Origin: Escherichia phage ECP2301
Sequence record: OR880646.1
Length of the DNA: 64,000 bases
Direction: 5' to 3' (one strand)
Shown: positions 21,845 through 31,179 of the stretch, one piece after another
How positions within the stretch are numbered: the stretch's first letter is position 1
Layout: each line of letters begins with the position of its first letter
Program-made: the position numbers and the translations under genes
Notes under the pieces: generated by a model
Told to the model about the DNA's origin: nothing
The model's database searches: none
The model's input: the letters and a program-made list of their open reading frames with translations, nothing else

Positions 21845-22128
21845 CGGAATGAAATGAAAGCAGCAACTGAAGCAACTAAACTGTCTTCAATATAAACTTC
21901 AATTTTTACCGGAGCTTCTGACTCAAATTTGCCTGTTACTACACCTTGGAAAATGCTTTCAGTCTGTTCTGGCTTTGAAAAATTTTCAGAAGGAAAAATT
22001 CCGAACTTTTTATCTGTTCCAAAAATTTTGATAAATTCATCATAAACTGCTTCATTAAAAGCGTTATCAGCAGGAATAACGCCTTCAACTACAAGTTCTT
22101 GACCTAAAAAGCGTAAAGAAGATTTCAT
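21838..22128 (-). CDS. hypothetical protein downstream of alt genes
   Basis: 96 aa ORF with GAGGA SD, preceded by early-promoter cassette. Confidence 0.6.
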   Translation of the reverse strand: MKSSLRFLGQELVVEGVIPADNAFNEAVYDEFIKIFGTDKKFGIFPSENFSKPEQTESIFQGVVTGKFESEAPVKIEVYIEDSLVASVAAFISFRK

Positions 22129-22135
22129 TTTGTGT

Positions 22136-22189
22136 TCCTCATGTTATGTCAGTAAGATTACTATAACACAACACGAGGGACTTGTAAAC
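22136..22189 (-). repeat. 54 bp exact repeat, copy A (early promoter + leader + SD)
   Basis: identical to 38114-38167. Confidence 0.9.
22160..22189 (-). promoter_or_regulatory. early promoter (GTTTAC -35, TGtTATAGT extended -10)
   Basis: inside 54 bp repeat copy A, upstream of 96 aa ORF. Confidence 0.6.
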
Positions 22190-24246
22190 TACATCTTGAA
22201 CTTTTTAGACATTCCGTTGATGTTAACCAAAGAAGCCAAGATTTGAGAAACTTCGTTTTCCTCTTCTTTTGATTCTTCTACAAGGAATTGATTAAACCCA
22301 GCCATTGGACGAACTTCGCCAGTTTCCATTAGATGATCGCCATCATATACCGATTCTTCTAATTGTTCAGAAGGAGGAACGATTGTGCCTTCGATTAGAT
22401 ACTTGTTATAAGCAGTTTCTTTCATCATGTACGTGCTCACTTTATTAATCTTCAGCAAAATTCCACGCGGTAGAATAACTTCAGCTTCTGATGGAAATCC
22501 CGATAAATGACCTGGAACGATAACTTTGATTCGCTCAGCCCCTTTAATTACCATACCTACGCTAGTTTCAGCATCTTCATTCGCATAAGCAGAATGACTG
22601 CCCATATGCATTAAATCTTCAGCATCAACAGAACCTTCTCCTTCACCAGAAAATACTGCGCCGGAATCATCTAGAGCCATATAGTTTTTACCATGCTCAC
22701 CGAAGATATTTGGTTTAAGCGATGTTGATACGAAGTTCTTGAAATAGAACATTTTATTTTCAATATTATGGCGTAAAGTTTTAAAAGTAACTTCTTGTCC
22801 ACGATAAAGCGTAGTTCCTGGAGGAAGAACTGAACCTTTGGCAAAGGCAGAATCCAGCGTCTCGATGTGTTTAATAGCTCGTTCCATATATTCTTCACGG
22901 GTAGAATCTGGTTTACCCAAGAGGAACGAGTTCATTTCAACATATGAATCTGCACAATAATCTTCAATTACATCAGACTCAGCCTGAGTCAGTCCTTTTG
23001 GAGTTACTTCGGTGCTTGAGTATTCATATGCCTGAGCAGCAGATTCATTAATCAATTTATAAATGCCATTCATGACAAATTGAATAATAGCTACCTTTTC
23101 GTCTGGCGTAGCTTTAGAACCTTTAACTAAATCATTGATAATTTTCTTAATAACATCAAAGCTATTAGAAATATTAATGTCAGCGAGATCGCTCAAAATT
23201 TTATCGGTTTTATAATCAAAAAATTCTTTATTCTTTAAATATTCTTGAGAACCTTGATGTGTTATATCGCTCTGCAGTCTGATAGACGGATCACGTAAAC
23301 GCGCATGGGCCAATGCAATATGATTTCGGAAGCTTTCTAGTTCATAATCGTTAGATTTAAAACGAGAAGCACTTCTCATACCACCGATAGCTCCTTTGCC
23401 GAAGTTTGAACCAATCTGAATAACACCAGAGTTCATTGGTCCTTCTGCTTTATATACCGGAACTTTAGATTCAAACTCTTGATATTTCTTGGCAGCGAAG
23501 CTATCACCCTGTAGCGAAGCATCGACAGTAGAATATTGAGCTTGTGCTGCTAATCGACGACTAATTTTAGTTTTCTGAATAACAGCTTGATCCGTGCGCT
23601 TATCATTTTCTAAAGCAATAGAAGCAGCAACAGCAACAGCTTTAGGAACAGCATTACCTGTTTTAACATCTACATAAACATCACCAACCTTTGATTCAAC
23701 TTTTGTGAATAACTCAGTTGAAATAGGAGGTACACCTGGAATGTCTTCTAAATTGGCATTTTTACGGTAAACCATAATATATGCATACTTTTTATCATAA
23801 TCCCAGATTTCCTTTAAAAGAACATATCGACCTGCTCCTTTAGTACGTACTAAACGGTCAGCAATAACTTGCATTTGACGAGCTGCGCCATTTGTTTTAC
23901 TTTTTAGTACGCGGAATAAGCATGCATCAATTTTATACTGTTTCATTGTTTGAAGAGCAGTATCAAAAACGGCATTAATGACACCAATTGGATTTCCACC
24001 CAAGTTTTTAAGTTTAACTAATGATAGTTTCTCATTAACACCTATCATTACGATATGCATCATTTTATCGCCTGGCTTAACGTTTTTATTTGTATCACCG
24101 CCAGAGGTGTATGTACAAAATCTAAATCCAGGAAGCACGCTTTCTTCACCGGCTTGAATAGCAAAAATTTGAGGTATTTTATGCTTAGGATTTAAGTTAA
24201 CAACCGGCGCCGAAGCGCCGTCAAATAATTCTGTAATAAGTTCCAT
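22189..24246 (-). CDS. Alt-family ADP-ribosyltransferase paralogue (copy 1)
   Basis: 685 aa; N-terminus MELITELFDGAS...; C-terminal R (LYRGQ), STS (FVSTSL), ExE (EAEVILPRG) motifs. Confidence 0.8.
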   Translation of the reverse strand: MELITELFDGASAPVVNLNPKHKIPQIFAIQAGEESVLPGFRFCTYTSGGDTNKNVKPGDKMMHIVMIGVNEKLSLVKLKNLGGNPIGVINAVFDTALQTMKQYKIDACLFRVLKSKTNGAARQMQVIADRLVRTKGAGRYVLLKEIWDYDKKYAYIMVYRKNANLEDIPGVPPISTELFTKVESKVGDVYVDVKTGNAVPKAVAVAASIALENDKRTDQAVIQKTKISRRLAAQAQYSTVDASLQGDSFAAKKYQEFESKVPVYKAEGPMNSGVIQIGSNFGKGAIGGMRSASRFKSNDYELESFRNHIALAHARLRDPSIRLQSDITHQGSQEYLKNKEFFDYKTDKILSDLADINISNSFDVIKKIINDLVKGSKATPDEKVAIIQFVMNGIYKLINESAAQAYEYSSTEVTPKGLTQAESDVIEDYCADSYVEMNSFLLGKPDSTREEYMERAIKHIETLDSAFAKGSVLPPGTTLYRGQEVTFKTLRHNIENKMFYFKNFVSTSLKPNIFGEHGKNYMALDDSGAVFSGEGEGSVDAEDLMHMGSHSAYANEDAETSVGMVIKGAERIKVIVPGHLSGFPSEAEVILPRGILLKINKVSTYMMKETAYNKYLIEGTIVPPSEQLEESVYDGDHLMETGEVRPMAGFNQFLVEESKEEENEVSQILASLVNINGMSKKFKM

Positions 24247-24249
24247 GAT

Positions 24250-26346
24250 TTATCCTTGAACGAACTTGTAAGGCATGTTTGTAATATCTATGCAAGACGC
24301 AATAATTCTAAGAGATGATTCTACTTTTTGTTTAACATTTGATGAAACAAATGATGCAAAATCAACTCTGTCTTCTATTTCAATATCACCTGTCATTGCA
24401 ACTACTTCACCAGTTTCCATTAGACGGTCACCGTCATAAATTACTGATTCGGTGAGTTCTTCCGTAGTCATAACTTCAGCTTGAATGAGTTTTGTATTAT
24501 TAGATGTTGTTCCATCATTATTAGAAGCATCAGTTATTTTATTAACTTTGACCATCAATCCGCGTGGTAGAATAACTTCAGCTTCTGTTGCTATTCCGAG
24601 ACTTCCTGGATATACAACATTAACTTTATGAGCTCCATCAATTGCCCATCCTATTTGAACTTTAACGTATTCAGGATTTTCTTTATACGCTCTTATTTCG
24701 TTTGGATTAATAGTTATTCCTTCTTCATTTTTATCAACTGTCAATTCATTACGAGCTTCTGGTTCTAAAAGACCAATACCAGCATGTGTAATTCCAAAAC
24801 GTCCAAAAATGATAGGAGTTAAAGAAGTAGATACAAAATTTCTGAAATAGAACACTTTATTTTTAACTAGTGCTTCGTATATAGGAGCAGTCATACTTTG
24901 AGCACGATAAACTGTAATGCCTTCTGGTATACGGTCACCATTTTCAAAAGCTGAATCTAAGTTATTTATAGCAGATTCAATTTCTTTTTCACTCATTACA
25001 TCATATCGTTCTGGATTGTAGCGTCCTAAAAGAAGATTATTGATGTCAGTATATCCTGAACCACAATACTCTCTAATGCCGCGCTTTTGTGATGGAGTAT
25101 ATTTAGAACCATCGCGAGCAATAGTAATATCAATCATTGGACCTGCACCAATTCCAGAAAAACTATAAATCATTCGTTTGAGGAATTTAGTTTTTGCTGC
25201 GTTCCAGGAATTTTTAGTTATTTCTTCCCAGACTTCATCTGGCTGTCCTTTACGTGTTTTATTATGTTTATCAAGCCAATTATCTTTATATTCTTCAAAG
25301 AGTTGATTAACGGCTGCTGCGTATTTCTCTAAACATTTTATTGAAGTAGTTGGTTCATTTTTAATCGCATTAAGAATTACATCTTTTATCTTTTCAGAAA
25401 CTTCATTAACCTCACTTTTTGAAAAGAATTTATAATCATAGTGAAGTTCATCTGCAGTTCCTTCGGCAATGATTTTTGCTGCCTTAGTTTTAGAAGCTAT
25501 TGAATTAATTCCAAGTTTCATTTCTTCTGCTTCGGGAATTAAAGGAGCGGTAGCAGGTTTATTGAAATTAGCTGCGGTAGATTCATACTTCTGGAATAAT
25601 TCACTTTCAAATCTAGAAGATTCTAATGATTGACTTTGTGCAATTGCTCTACGGGAAATTTTAACTTTAACGATTACAGCTTGATCAGAACGTTTATCGT
25701 TTTCTTGCGCAATAGATGCAGCAATTGCCTCATTTTTAGTTACTTGAGCTCCGGTATCTTTATTGATATAAACATCACCGACCTTCGATTCAACTTTAGT
25801 AAAGAGCTCGGTACTAATTTCAGGAACTCCTGGAATGTCTTCTAATGATACATTTTTGCGATGTATAAGAATATATGCGTACTTTTTATCGTAATCCCAG
25901 AGTTCCTTAAGAAGGACGTATCTGCCACCTGAACGACTACGGATAAGTCTATCAGCAATAAGTTGAATTTGTCGAGCTTGACCAGCAGTTTTAGACTTAA
26001 GAATACGGAGCATACAGGCATCAATTTTATACTGACGCATTGTTTGCATCGCAACAGTAAAAACTGAATTGATGTAATTAATTGGGCTTGGACCGAGACC
26101 TTTTAATTTAGCGATTGAACCTTTAGCAGTTAATGTAAAAGGAACAATATGCATCATTTTATCGCCCATCTTTAAATCGCGATTAGTATCACCTCCAGAT
26201 GTATAGGTACATAAACGAAAGCCTGGTTGTTCAATTGCGTCATCAACATGAACTGAAAAAATTTGCGGTATTTTCTTCTTTGGATTTAAGTTTGTAATCG
26301 GAAGAGTAGTATCTTCGTCAAATAATTCTGTAATGAGTTCCATCAT
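24250..26346 (-). CDS. alt: Alt ADP-ribosyltransferase (copy 2, closer to my recollection of T4 Alt)
   Basis: 698 aa; N-terminus MMELITELFDEDTTLPITNL...; R (VYRAQ), STS (FVSTSL), ExE (EAEVILPRG); late promoter upstream. Confidence 0.85.
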   Translation of the reverse strand: MMELITELFDEDTTLPITNLNPKKKIPQIFSVHVDDAIEQPGFRLCTYTSGGDTNRDLKMGDKMMHIVPFTLTAKGSIAKLKGLGPSPINYINSVFTVAMQTMRQYKIDACMLRILKSKTAGQARQIQLIADRLIRSRSGGRYVLLKELWDYDKKYAYILIHRKNVSLEDIPGVPEISTELFTKVESKVGDVYINKDTGAQVTKNEAIAASIAQENDKRSDQAVIVKVKISRRAIAQSQSLESSRFESELFQKYESTAANFNKPATAPLIPEAEEMKLGINSIASKTKAAKIIAEGTADELHYDYKFFSKSEVNEVSEKIKDVILNAIKNEPTTSIKCLEKYAAAVNQLFEEYKDNWLDKHNKTRKGQPDEVWEEITKNSWNAAKTKFLKRMIYSFSGIGAGPMIDITIARDGSKYTPSQKRGIREYCGSGYTDINNLLLGRYNPERYDVMSEKEIESAINNLDSAFENGDRIPEGITVYRAQSMTAPIYEALVKNKVFYFRNFVSTSLTPIIFGRFGITHAGIGLLEPEARNELTVDKNEEGITINPNEIRAYKENPEYVKVQIGWAIDGAHKVNVVYPGSLGIATEAEVILPRGLMVKVNKITDASNNDGTTSNNTKLIQAEVMTTEELTESVIYDGDRLMETGEVVAMTGDIEIEDRVDFASFVSSNVKQKVESSLRIIASCIDITNMPYKFVQG

Positions 26347-26366
26347 ATCCTCTCTAGTGTTTATTC

Positions 26367-26374
26367 TATTTATA
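26367..26374 (-). promoter_or_regulatory. late promoter TATAAATA upstream of alt pair
   Basis: reverse-complement TATAAATA 21 nt upstream of alt copy 2 ATG. Confidence 0.65.
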
Positions 26375-26379
26375 AAATT

Positions 26380-26397
26380 AAAGGCCCGAAGGCCTTT
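26380..26397 (-). terminator. hairpin downstream of 62 aa ORF
   Basis: AAAGGCC-CGAA-GGCCTTT. Confidence 0.5.
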
Positions 26398-26584
26398 AAT
26401 AATCTATTGGTAAGAGAGTACGGTATATTTCAAACTTTGGACCTTTTTCATAGGCATCAAATGTTTCTGTGAATTTATTATAAGCATATGCATCTATAAA
26501 TTCAATCATAATTTGTGATACAGAAGTAGAAACATCTCCACCTTCTTTTTGAGCCACGACAATTGTTTCTAAGTAAGCTTTCAT
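26396..26584 (-). CDS. hypothetical protein
   Basis: 62 aa ORF, ATGA overlap with ligase stop. Confidence 0.5.
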   Translation of the reverse strand: MKAYLETIVVAQKEGGDVSTSVSQIMIEFIDAYAYNKFTETFDAYEKGPKFEIYRTLLPIDY

Positions 26585-28044
26585 AGACCAGTTACCTCAT
26601 GAAAATCACCAAATACATCCTCGAATGTATTAGCTTTAGTTTTATCTTCACGTAAACGAATCGCAATCGGAAGAAATAATTTAACGTAATCAGTGCGGCC
26701 ATCAGATTTTAACCAACCATTGCATTCACATTCTAGAATTTTTCCAATATAATAATTTTGGTTTTCCATAATGCGAGTACGGTCAAGTTCATGCGATTTT
26801 ACACCGGCTTTATCTTTTAAGCCTGAACCAGCATTTACTTTAATTTTTCCACACTCTGATTCAAGAATAAATCCACCTGCTTTAGTAGGGTCTTTACGGT
26901 GAGGATAAATTCCTACAATTTTTAAATCAACATCAATTACTTCTTTAAATTTATAAAGATTTTTTGAACGAGCATTTTCCCACAATCCATCGGTATTTTT
27001 GAGAATAATACCTTCAAGACCTTGGTCAATATATTTTTTATAAATTACCTTAGCTTCATCTAGGTTATTTACTACCTGGTTTTCAATTAAAATTACTTTA
27101 TCATATCCTGATGTCATTTGTTCTAGTTTAGAAAAACGTACATCATACTTCAAACGAAACGCCGGAAGACCGTATATTTCTACCAACGGGACATAATCCC
27201 AGACCTGAAACTTCATGCATTGAGCTTCTTTTTCAGAAATGGTTCCTTTTAAGGATTTATTGGCGATTCCATTAGAAGTAGTACGAGATTCCGCTACTTC
27301 GGCGAATTCTTTAGCTTTACTAATTTCAGGATAAGCATCAAAAAGAAAATCTAGGCCTTCTGGTTCCTTTTTAACTTGCTCATGGTATACCAATTCGCCA
27401 TCGATTAACACACCTTCTGGATGAATCTGGCGGGCTTCAGCAGTCATTTTGATTAACTCTTCCTTAAGAAGATCTAATCCTAGATATTCATTACCAGCTC
27501 GTGATAAAAGACGAACATCATCTAATTCATCACCTCGGACTTCAGCAAAACACCGAGCTCCATCTGCTTTTAACTGTGCAAAGGCTGGAAACTTGATATT
27601 CTTATTAATGCCCTTTTCATCATAAGAACTTGCCAGCATTTGAGGTTGTTCAGGAATTAAACCTGGCCAAACTTTATTTGCAATAGATACTGAAGCACCG
27701 CATTCAAGATCTCGCATCATAACTCGACGCAAAACTTCAACATCATCCTTTTTACCATCGGTGATATATCCAGTTAATTCCTCAATTGCCGCATTTCCAG
27801 TCAATTTCCGAGTAGCTAACGTGAATTCAATGAAGTCAAGCATATCAGTAATGGTCAGCATTCCAAAACTCTGGGTAGCAATACCAGGCTTAGGCCATTT
27901 CTTGATATAATACTGTAACCCACGAGAATAAGTCAGACGATATACTCGTTTAAGCAATTCATTATCTTTATTCTTTTCAAGAATTGCTTGCTTCTGCTTA
28001 GTTGATCCAATAGATGCTATTTCATTCAGAATTTTAAGAATCAT
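26581..28044 (-). CDS. 30: ATP-dependent DNA ligase
   Basis: 487 aa; adenylation motif KADGAR (AQLKADGARCFAEV). Confidence 0.95.
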   Translation of the reverse strand: MILKILNEIASIGSTKQKQAILEKNKDNELLKRVYRLTYSRGLQYYIKKWPKPGIATQSFGMLTITDMLDFIEFTLATRKLTGNAAIEELTGYITDGKKDDVEVLRRVMMRDLECGASVSIANKVWPGLIPEQPQMLASSYDEKGINKNIKFPAFAQLKADGARCFAEVRGDELDDVRLLSRAGNEYLGLDLLKEELIKMTAEARQIHPEGVLIDGELVYHEQVKKEPEGLDFLFDAYPEISKAKEFAEVAESRTTSNGIANKSLKGTISEKEAQCMKFQVWDYVPLVEIYGLPAFRLKYDVRFSKLEQMTSGYDKVILIENQVVNNLDEAKVIYKKYIDQGLEGIILKNTDGLWENARSKNLYKFKEVIDVDLKIVGIYPHRKDPTKAGGFILESECGKIKVNAGSGLKDKAGVKSHELDRTRIMENQNYYIGKILECECNGWLKSDGRTDYVKLFLPIAIRLREDKTKANTFEDVFGDFHEVTGL

Positions 28045-28310
28045 TGTTCATCCTTCAGAGTTTGATTTACAGCTCTATTATAAATCAATTCATCATTAAG
28101 CTCAGTTAAAGACCTATGATATGTAGTTCTAACTTTATTTCCTTGCATCCAGTGCTTGATATAAATGAAACCTTGCTCTACACATTTTTTAAAAATTCGT
28201 TCGTCTTTTTGAGCTCGGAATTCTGGATTGCATCTAAAGAATTGATTTACGTGACCGTAATCACGTGTAGTATTACCTTCATTTTCATAAATAGTGTGAA
28301 CGACAAACAT
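28041..28310 (-). CDS. 30.1: hypothetical protein
   Basis: 89 aa ORF, ATGA overlap with ligase start. Confidence 0.6.
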   Translation of the reverse strand: MFVVHTIYENEGNTTRDYGHVNQFFRCNPEFRAQKDERIFKKCVEQGFIYIKHWMQGNKVRTTYHRSLTELNDELIYNRAVNQTLKDEQ

Positions 28311-29149
28311 TAGAATGCTCCTTGGAAAATATTATCACCACAAGTAGGTCTATTATACAAATACTCTATGCCACCAGGTTTAATATAGTTCCATGTCTGA
28401 AACGGATGTGTCTGATATGGATGATATAGATGATTATAAGGATTAAATCCAGGCGTTCTCCAGGTAGTGTTCCAACGAAAAGAATCATTTTTAATCATCT
28501 TTTCAATTATATCTTTTATAGCTTTTTCACTATCAAAACTTTCTTTATTTTCCTTTGGTGAAAAAAGCTTATTTTCTACATCATTCCATGTATAAACTCG
28601 CTGCGCAGTTTTTGGAATATTGTCACGCTCTCCTCGAGCCATCCAATAAACAGGAACATTTAATATTTCACTCGCATGATCGCAATGGTGCGCTAGATCG
28701 TCAATATAACAAATCACGTTATATTTCTCTTTTGCCTTTTTGAATAACTCTTCTTTTGAAGAATCATGACCACACATCATTACTTCTGAGAAGGCACCAG
28801 GAAAAAGAGCATTCAAATTAAATTGACGATTCAACAGAGCGTCAATAGAATCACCCAATGCTGTAACAGCTACAAAATTATAATCTTCTTTTAGTTTGTT
28901 AATTACGCACAGGGCATCTTTATATGGAGACAGGTAACGAATAAAATCTGATCGATTGTATTTTTCAATTAGCTTGACACCAAGTTCTTCATCACAATTA
29001 AAGAGTTTACCTGGAGAAATAAATTTCTCATCTTGGATCATTTTTAAAATATGTTCTAACGGAAGATTATATTTCTGAGCAAAATAAGGAAGACCTGATT
29101 GCCAGCTTAAACATACTCCATCAATATCAGTCAAAATAGTAGGCTTCAT
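28310..29149 (-). CDS. 30.2: hypothetical protein with HAD-like N-terminal motif
   Basis: 279 aa; N-terminal ILTDIDGV (DxDG motif I) and later YIDD. Confidence 0.65.
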   Translation of the reverse strand: MKPTILTDIDGVCLSWQSGLPYFAQKYNLPLEHILKMIQDEKFISPGKLFNCDEELGVKLIEKYNRSDFIRYLSPYKDALCVINKLKEDYNFVAVTALGDSIDALLNRQFNLNALFPGAFSEVMMCGHDSSKEELFKKAKEKYNVICYIDDLAHHCDHASEILNVPVYWMARGERDNIPKTAQRVYTWNDVENKLFSPKENKESFDSEKAIKDIIEKMIKNDSFRWNTTWRTPGFNPYNHLYHPYQTHPFQTWNYIKPGGIEYLYNRPTCGDNIFQGAF

Positions 29150-29610
29150 AGAGAGTCTCTTAGTAGGTTTAACACATCAATAAATTCAGCTTCGGTTAGT
29201 ATTGTATCATCTTTTGTTAGACCACTAGCCATGCTGTGCTTCAAAACTTTTCCTTTCGAGGCTTGTAATGCATCACGAAAGCCCCTGTTTTGGATCGCTG
29301 CTTCAAAATATGCATTTGTGTATAATTCTTTCCACGCCGGGGAGTATCTTGAAAACGGAACTCCAAGCCAGAAGAGGGTCCCACGGTCCTGAGCTCTAGC
29401 ATAAGCTCGTCCAGCTTGTTGGGCGGCAAGCCCGGATAACCCAAATATACGACGTTGCTGTTCAATATTTTTCACCTTACACCCTTGGAGGAATCCTTCG
29501 AGACCTCCAAATTGGATACCATCCATAACAAAAGGCCATTGGGCGAAATTACTTAATGCGCATGATGGCCATTTAAAATTGCTTCTTATCTCTAGCTCAG
29601 ACATTTTCAA
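29146..29610 (-). CDS. 30.3: NADAR (YbiA/DUF1768)-like protein
   Basis: 154 aa; LSNFAQWPFVMDGIQF resembles the FSNF..WP..VDG core of YbiA-family proteins. Confidence 0.6.
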   Translation of the reverse strand: MKMSELEIRSNFKWPSCALSNFAQWPFVMDGIQFGGLEGFLQGCKVKNIEQQRRIFGLSGLAAQQAGRAYARAQDRGTLFWLGVPFSRYSPAWKELYTNAYFEAAIQNRGFRDALQASKGKVLKHSMASGLTKDDTILTEAEFIDVLNLLRDSL

Positions 29611-29803
29611 TACTTATAATTTCAACATCAGCCCAATGACCATAGCAAGGAAGACGAAATTCAACTGGCCAGTTAGGGTCCTTTTCTAATATAATAGACT
29701 CAACTTTCGGTTCTTCATGTTCATCAGTATATGGATTTTTATCTGTTACTTTATATGTGACCTTAATGTACTGAATTCCAAAAATCTTATTAATTATATT
29801 CAT
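29597..29803 (-). CDS. hypothetical protein
   Basis: 68 aa ORF in 30.x cluster. Confidence 0.5.
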   Translation of the reverse strand: MNIINKIFGIQYIKVTYKVTDKNPYTDEHEEPKVESIILEKDPNWPVEFRLPCYGHWADVEIISIENV

Positions 29804-29997
29804 ACTAATTCCTTTAATCCGTAAATAGGAGATAATTCATCACCCATACGAAGGTCTTCATTTCCATCTACCCAGGAAACAATATAAGCCTCTTTTATTT
29901 GAATACCACTCCATTTAAATGGAGGTAGAACCTTAGAAATTAATCCAGGTATACCAACTCCCTTTAATTCAACAGTTTGACCTAAAAAGAATTTCAT
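29800..29997 (-). CDS. hypothetical protein
   Basis: 65 aa ORF in 30.x cluster. Confidence 0.5.
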   Translation of the reverse strand: MKFFLGQTVELKGVGIPGLISKVLPPFKWSGIQIKEAYIVSWVDGNEDLRMGDELSPIYGLKELV

Positions 29998-30284
29998 TAG
30001 AACCTCATCTGAAAACCGTGCGATTTAACATTACCGCCGCCAATATCAGAAATATTAATTTCACGCGCAATTGAAGGGTCAATGTCAATTTCACGATTGA
30101 GTTTAGTGATAGCTAAAGTATCGCGGCCATTTACAGTACGGAACTCTAAAGGGCAGACTACATTAACATAGTTTTTAATCGATTCACTGGTAGGTTGCAA
30201 ATGAGCAGGAAGGTCTTTAGGCGCCTTAGAGAAAACCACTTCACAGAAATTTTTGCGGGTGTCAAAATAAGTAGTCATAAACAT
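29997..30284 (-). CDS. hypothetical protein
   Basis: 95 aa ORF in 30.x cluster, ATG confirmed. Confidence 0.55.
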   Translation of the reverse strand: MFMTTYFDTRKNFCEVVFSKAPKDLPAHLQPTSESIKNYVNVVCPLEFRTVNGRDTLAITKLNREIDIDPSIAREINISDIGGGNVKSHGFQMRF

Positions 30285-30300
30285 AGTATTTTCCTCAGTA

Positions 30301-30316
30301 AGGGGCCGAAGCCCCT
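30301..30316. terminator. GC hairpin in 30.x cluster
   Basis: AGGGGC-CGAA-GCCCCT followed by T-rich run on + strand. Confidence 0.4.
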
Positions 30317-30325
30317 CATTTTATT

Positions 30326-30691
30326 TTAAATATCAAATTCGTTAAGAACTACATCAAAGATTGCTTCAAGATGCTCAGGTTTAGCTCTGTTACTCAGAAT
30401 ATGACGGATCCAAGTTTTAACCAGAAGCTTGCGATTAACGCCATTCCAGCAAGGATGAGTCCCTAAATCGCGTTGACGAAAATCATCATCCAGGGCGATT
30501 TTGAAGTTGGAACCTTCCATTGTGATTGAAACCGTGATGCCATTTTCAAATCGCATATAAACGTAGTTAGGAGTCATATACTGTTCAATTTCGCATACTG
30601 ATCCATTTTGATGTTTCCAAAGGCAAATAGTATCAATAGAACCTGCAATACCATTAGAAACATATTTACGTTCAAAGTTGATGTAGTTCAT
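30326..30691 (-). CDS. hypothetical protein
   Basis: 121 aa ORF with its own early promoter. Confidence 0.6.
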   Translation of the reverse strand: MNYINFERKYVSNGIAGSIDTICLWKHQNGSVCEIEQYMTPNYVYMRFENGITVSITMEGSNFKIALDDDFRQRDLGTHPCWNGVNRKLLVKTWIRHILSNRAKPEHLEAIFDVVLNEFDI

Positions 30692-30728
30692 TTTTATTCT
30701 CCGAGATGTTTAATTGCGGTACATGTAT

Positions 30729-30757
30729 ATAATATCATATCCTGTACCAAAGTAAAC
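30729..30757 (-). promoter_or_regulatory. early promoter (GTTTAC, 17 nt, TATTAT)
   Basis: upstream of 121 aa ORF. Confidence 0.5.
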
Positions 30758-30759
30758 AA

Positions 30760-31092
30760 TTATTTTACTACTTTCCAGTGCTGCATGTCAAGTTTACCAA
30801 CTTTTTTCATCTTCTCAATTAAGCGTTCTGCGCGTTGGCGAGCTGTAACATAATGCCATTCACCTAATTCATTTTGTTCAATTTTTCCAACGATTACTGT
30901 ATTCAATTCATAAATCCAACCAGTAAAGAAATTATGAACTTGAATTGTAAAGGTGAAATCTGTTCCCATACCTTCTGTTGTTTCTACTTCAATAATATCA
31001 CCTTCAACTGCCATTAAGAACCACATAGTTTCATCATATTTACCATTGAAGCATTTAGTTTTAACTGCAGCGTTCAGATTAATCGTTTTCAT
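30760..31092 (-). CDS. hypothetical protein
   Basis: 110 aa ORF with its own early promoter and AAGGAGAA SD. Confidence 0.6.
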   Translation of the reverse strand: MKTINLNAAVKTKCFNGKYDETMWFLMAVEGDIIEVETTEGMGTDFTFTIQVHNFFTGWIYELNTVIVGKIEQNELGEWHYVTARQRAERLIEKMKKVGKLDMQHWKVVK

Positions 31093-31119
31093 TTTATTCT
31101 CCTTTGTTTGTGTAAGATA

Positions 31120-31149
31120 ATACTATCACAAAGGAACCATACTGTAAAC
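31120..31149 (-). promoter_or_regulatory. early promoter (GTTTAC, 18 nt, TAGTAT)
   Basis: upstream of 110 aa ORF, just downstream of a terminator. Confidence 0.5.
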
Positions 31150-31179
31150 AACTTTGTGCAATCTTTGGAAAATAAAAAA

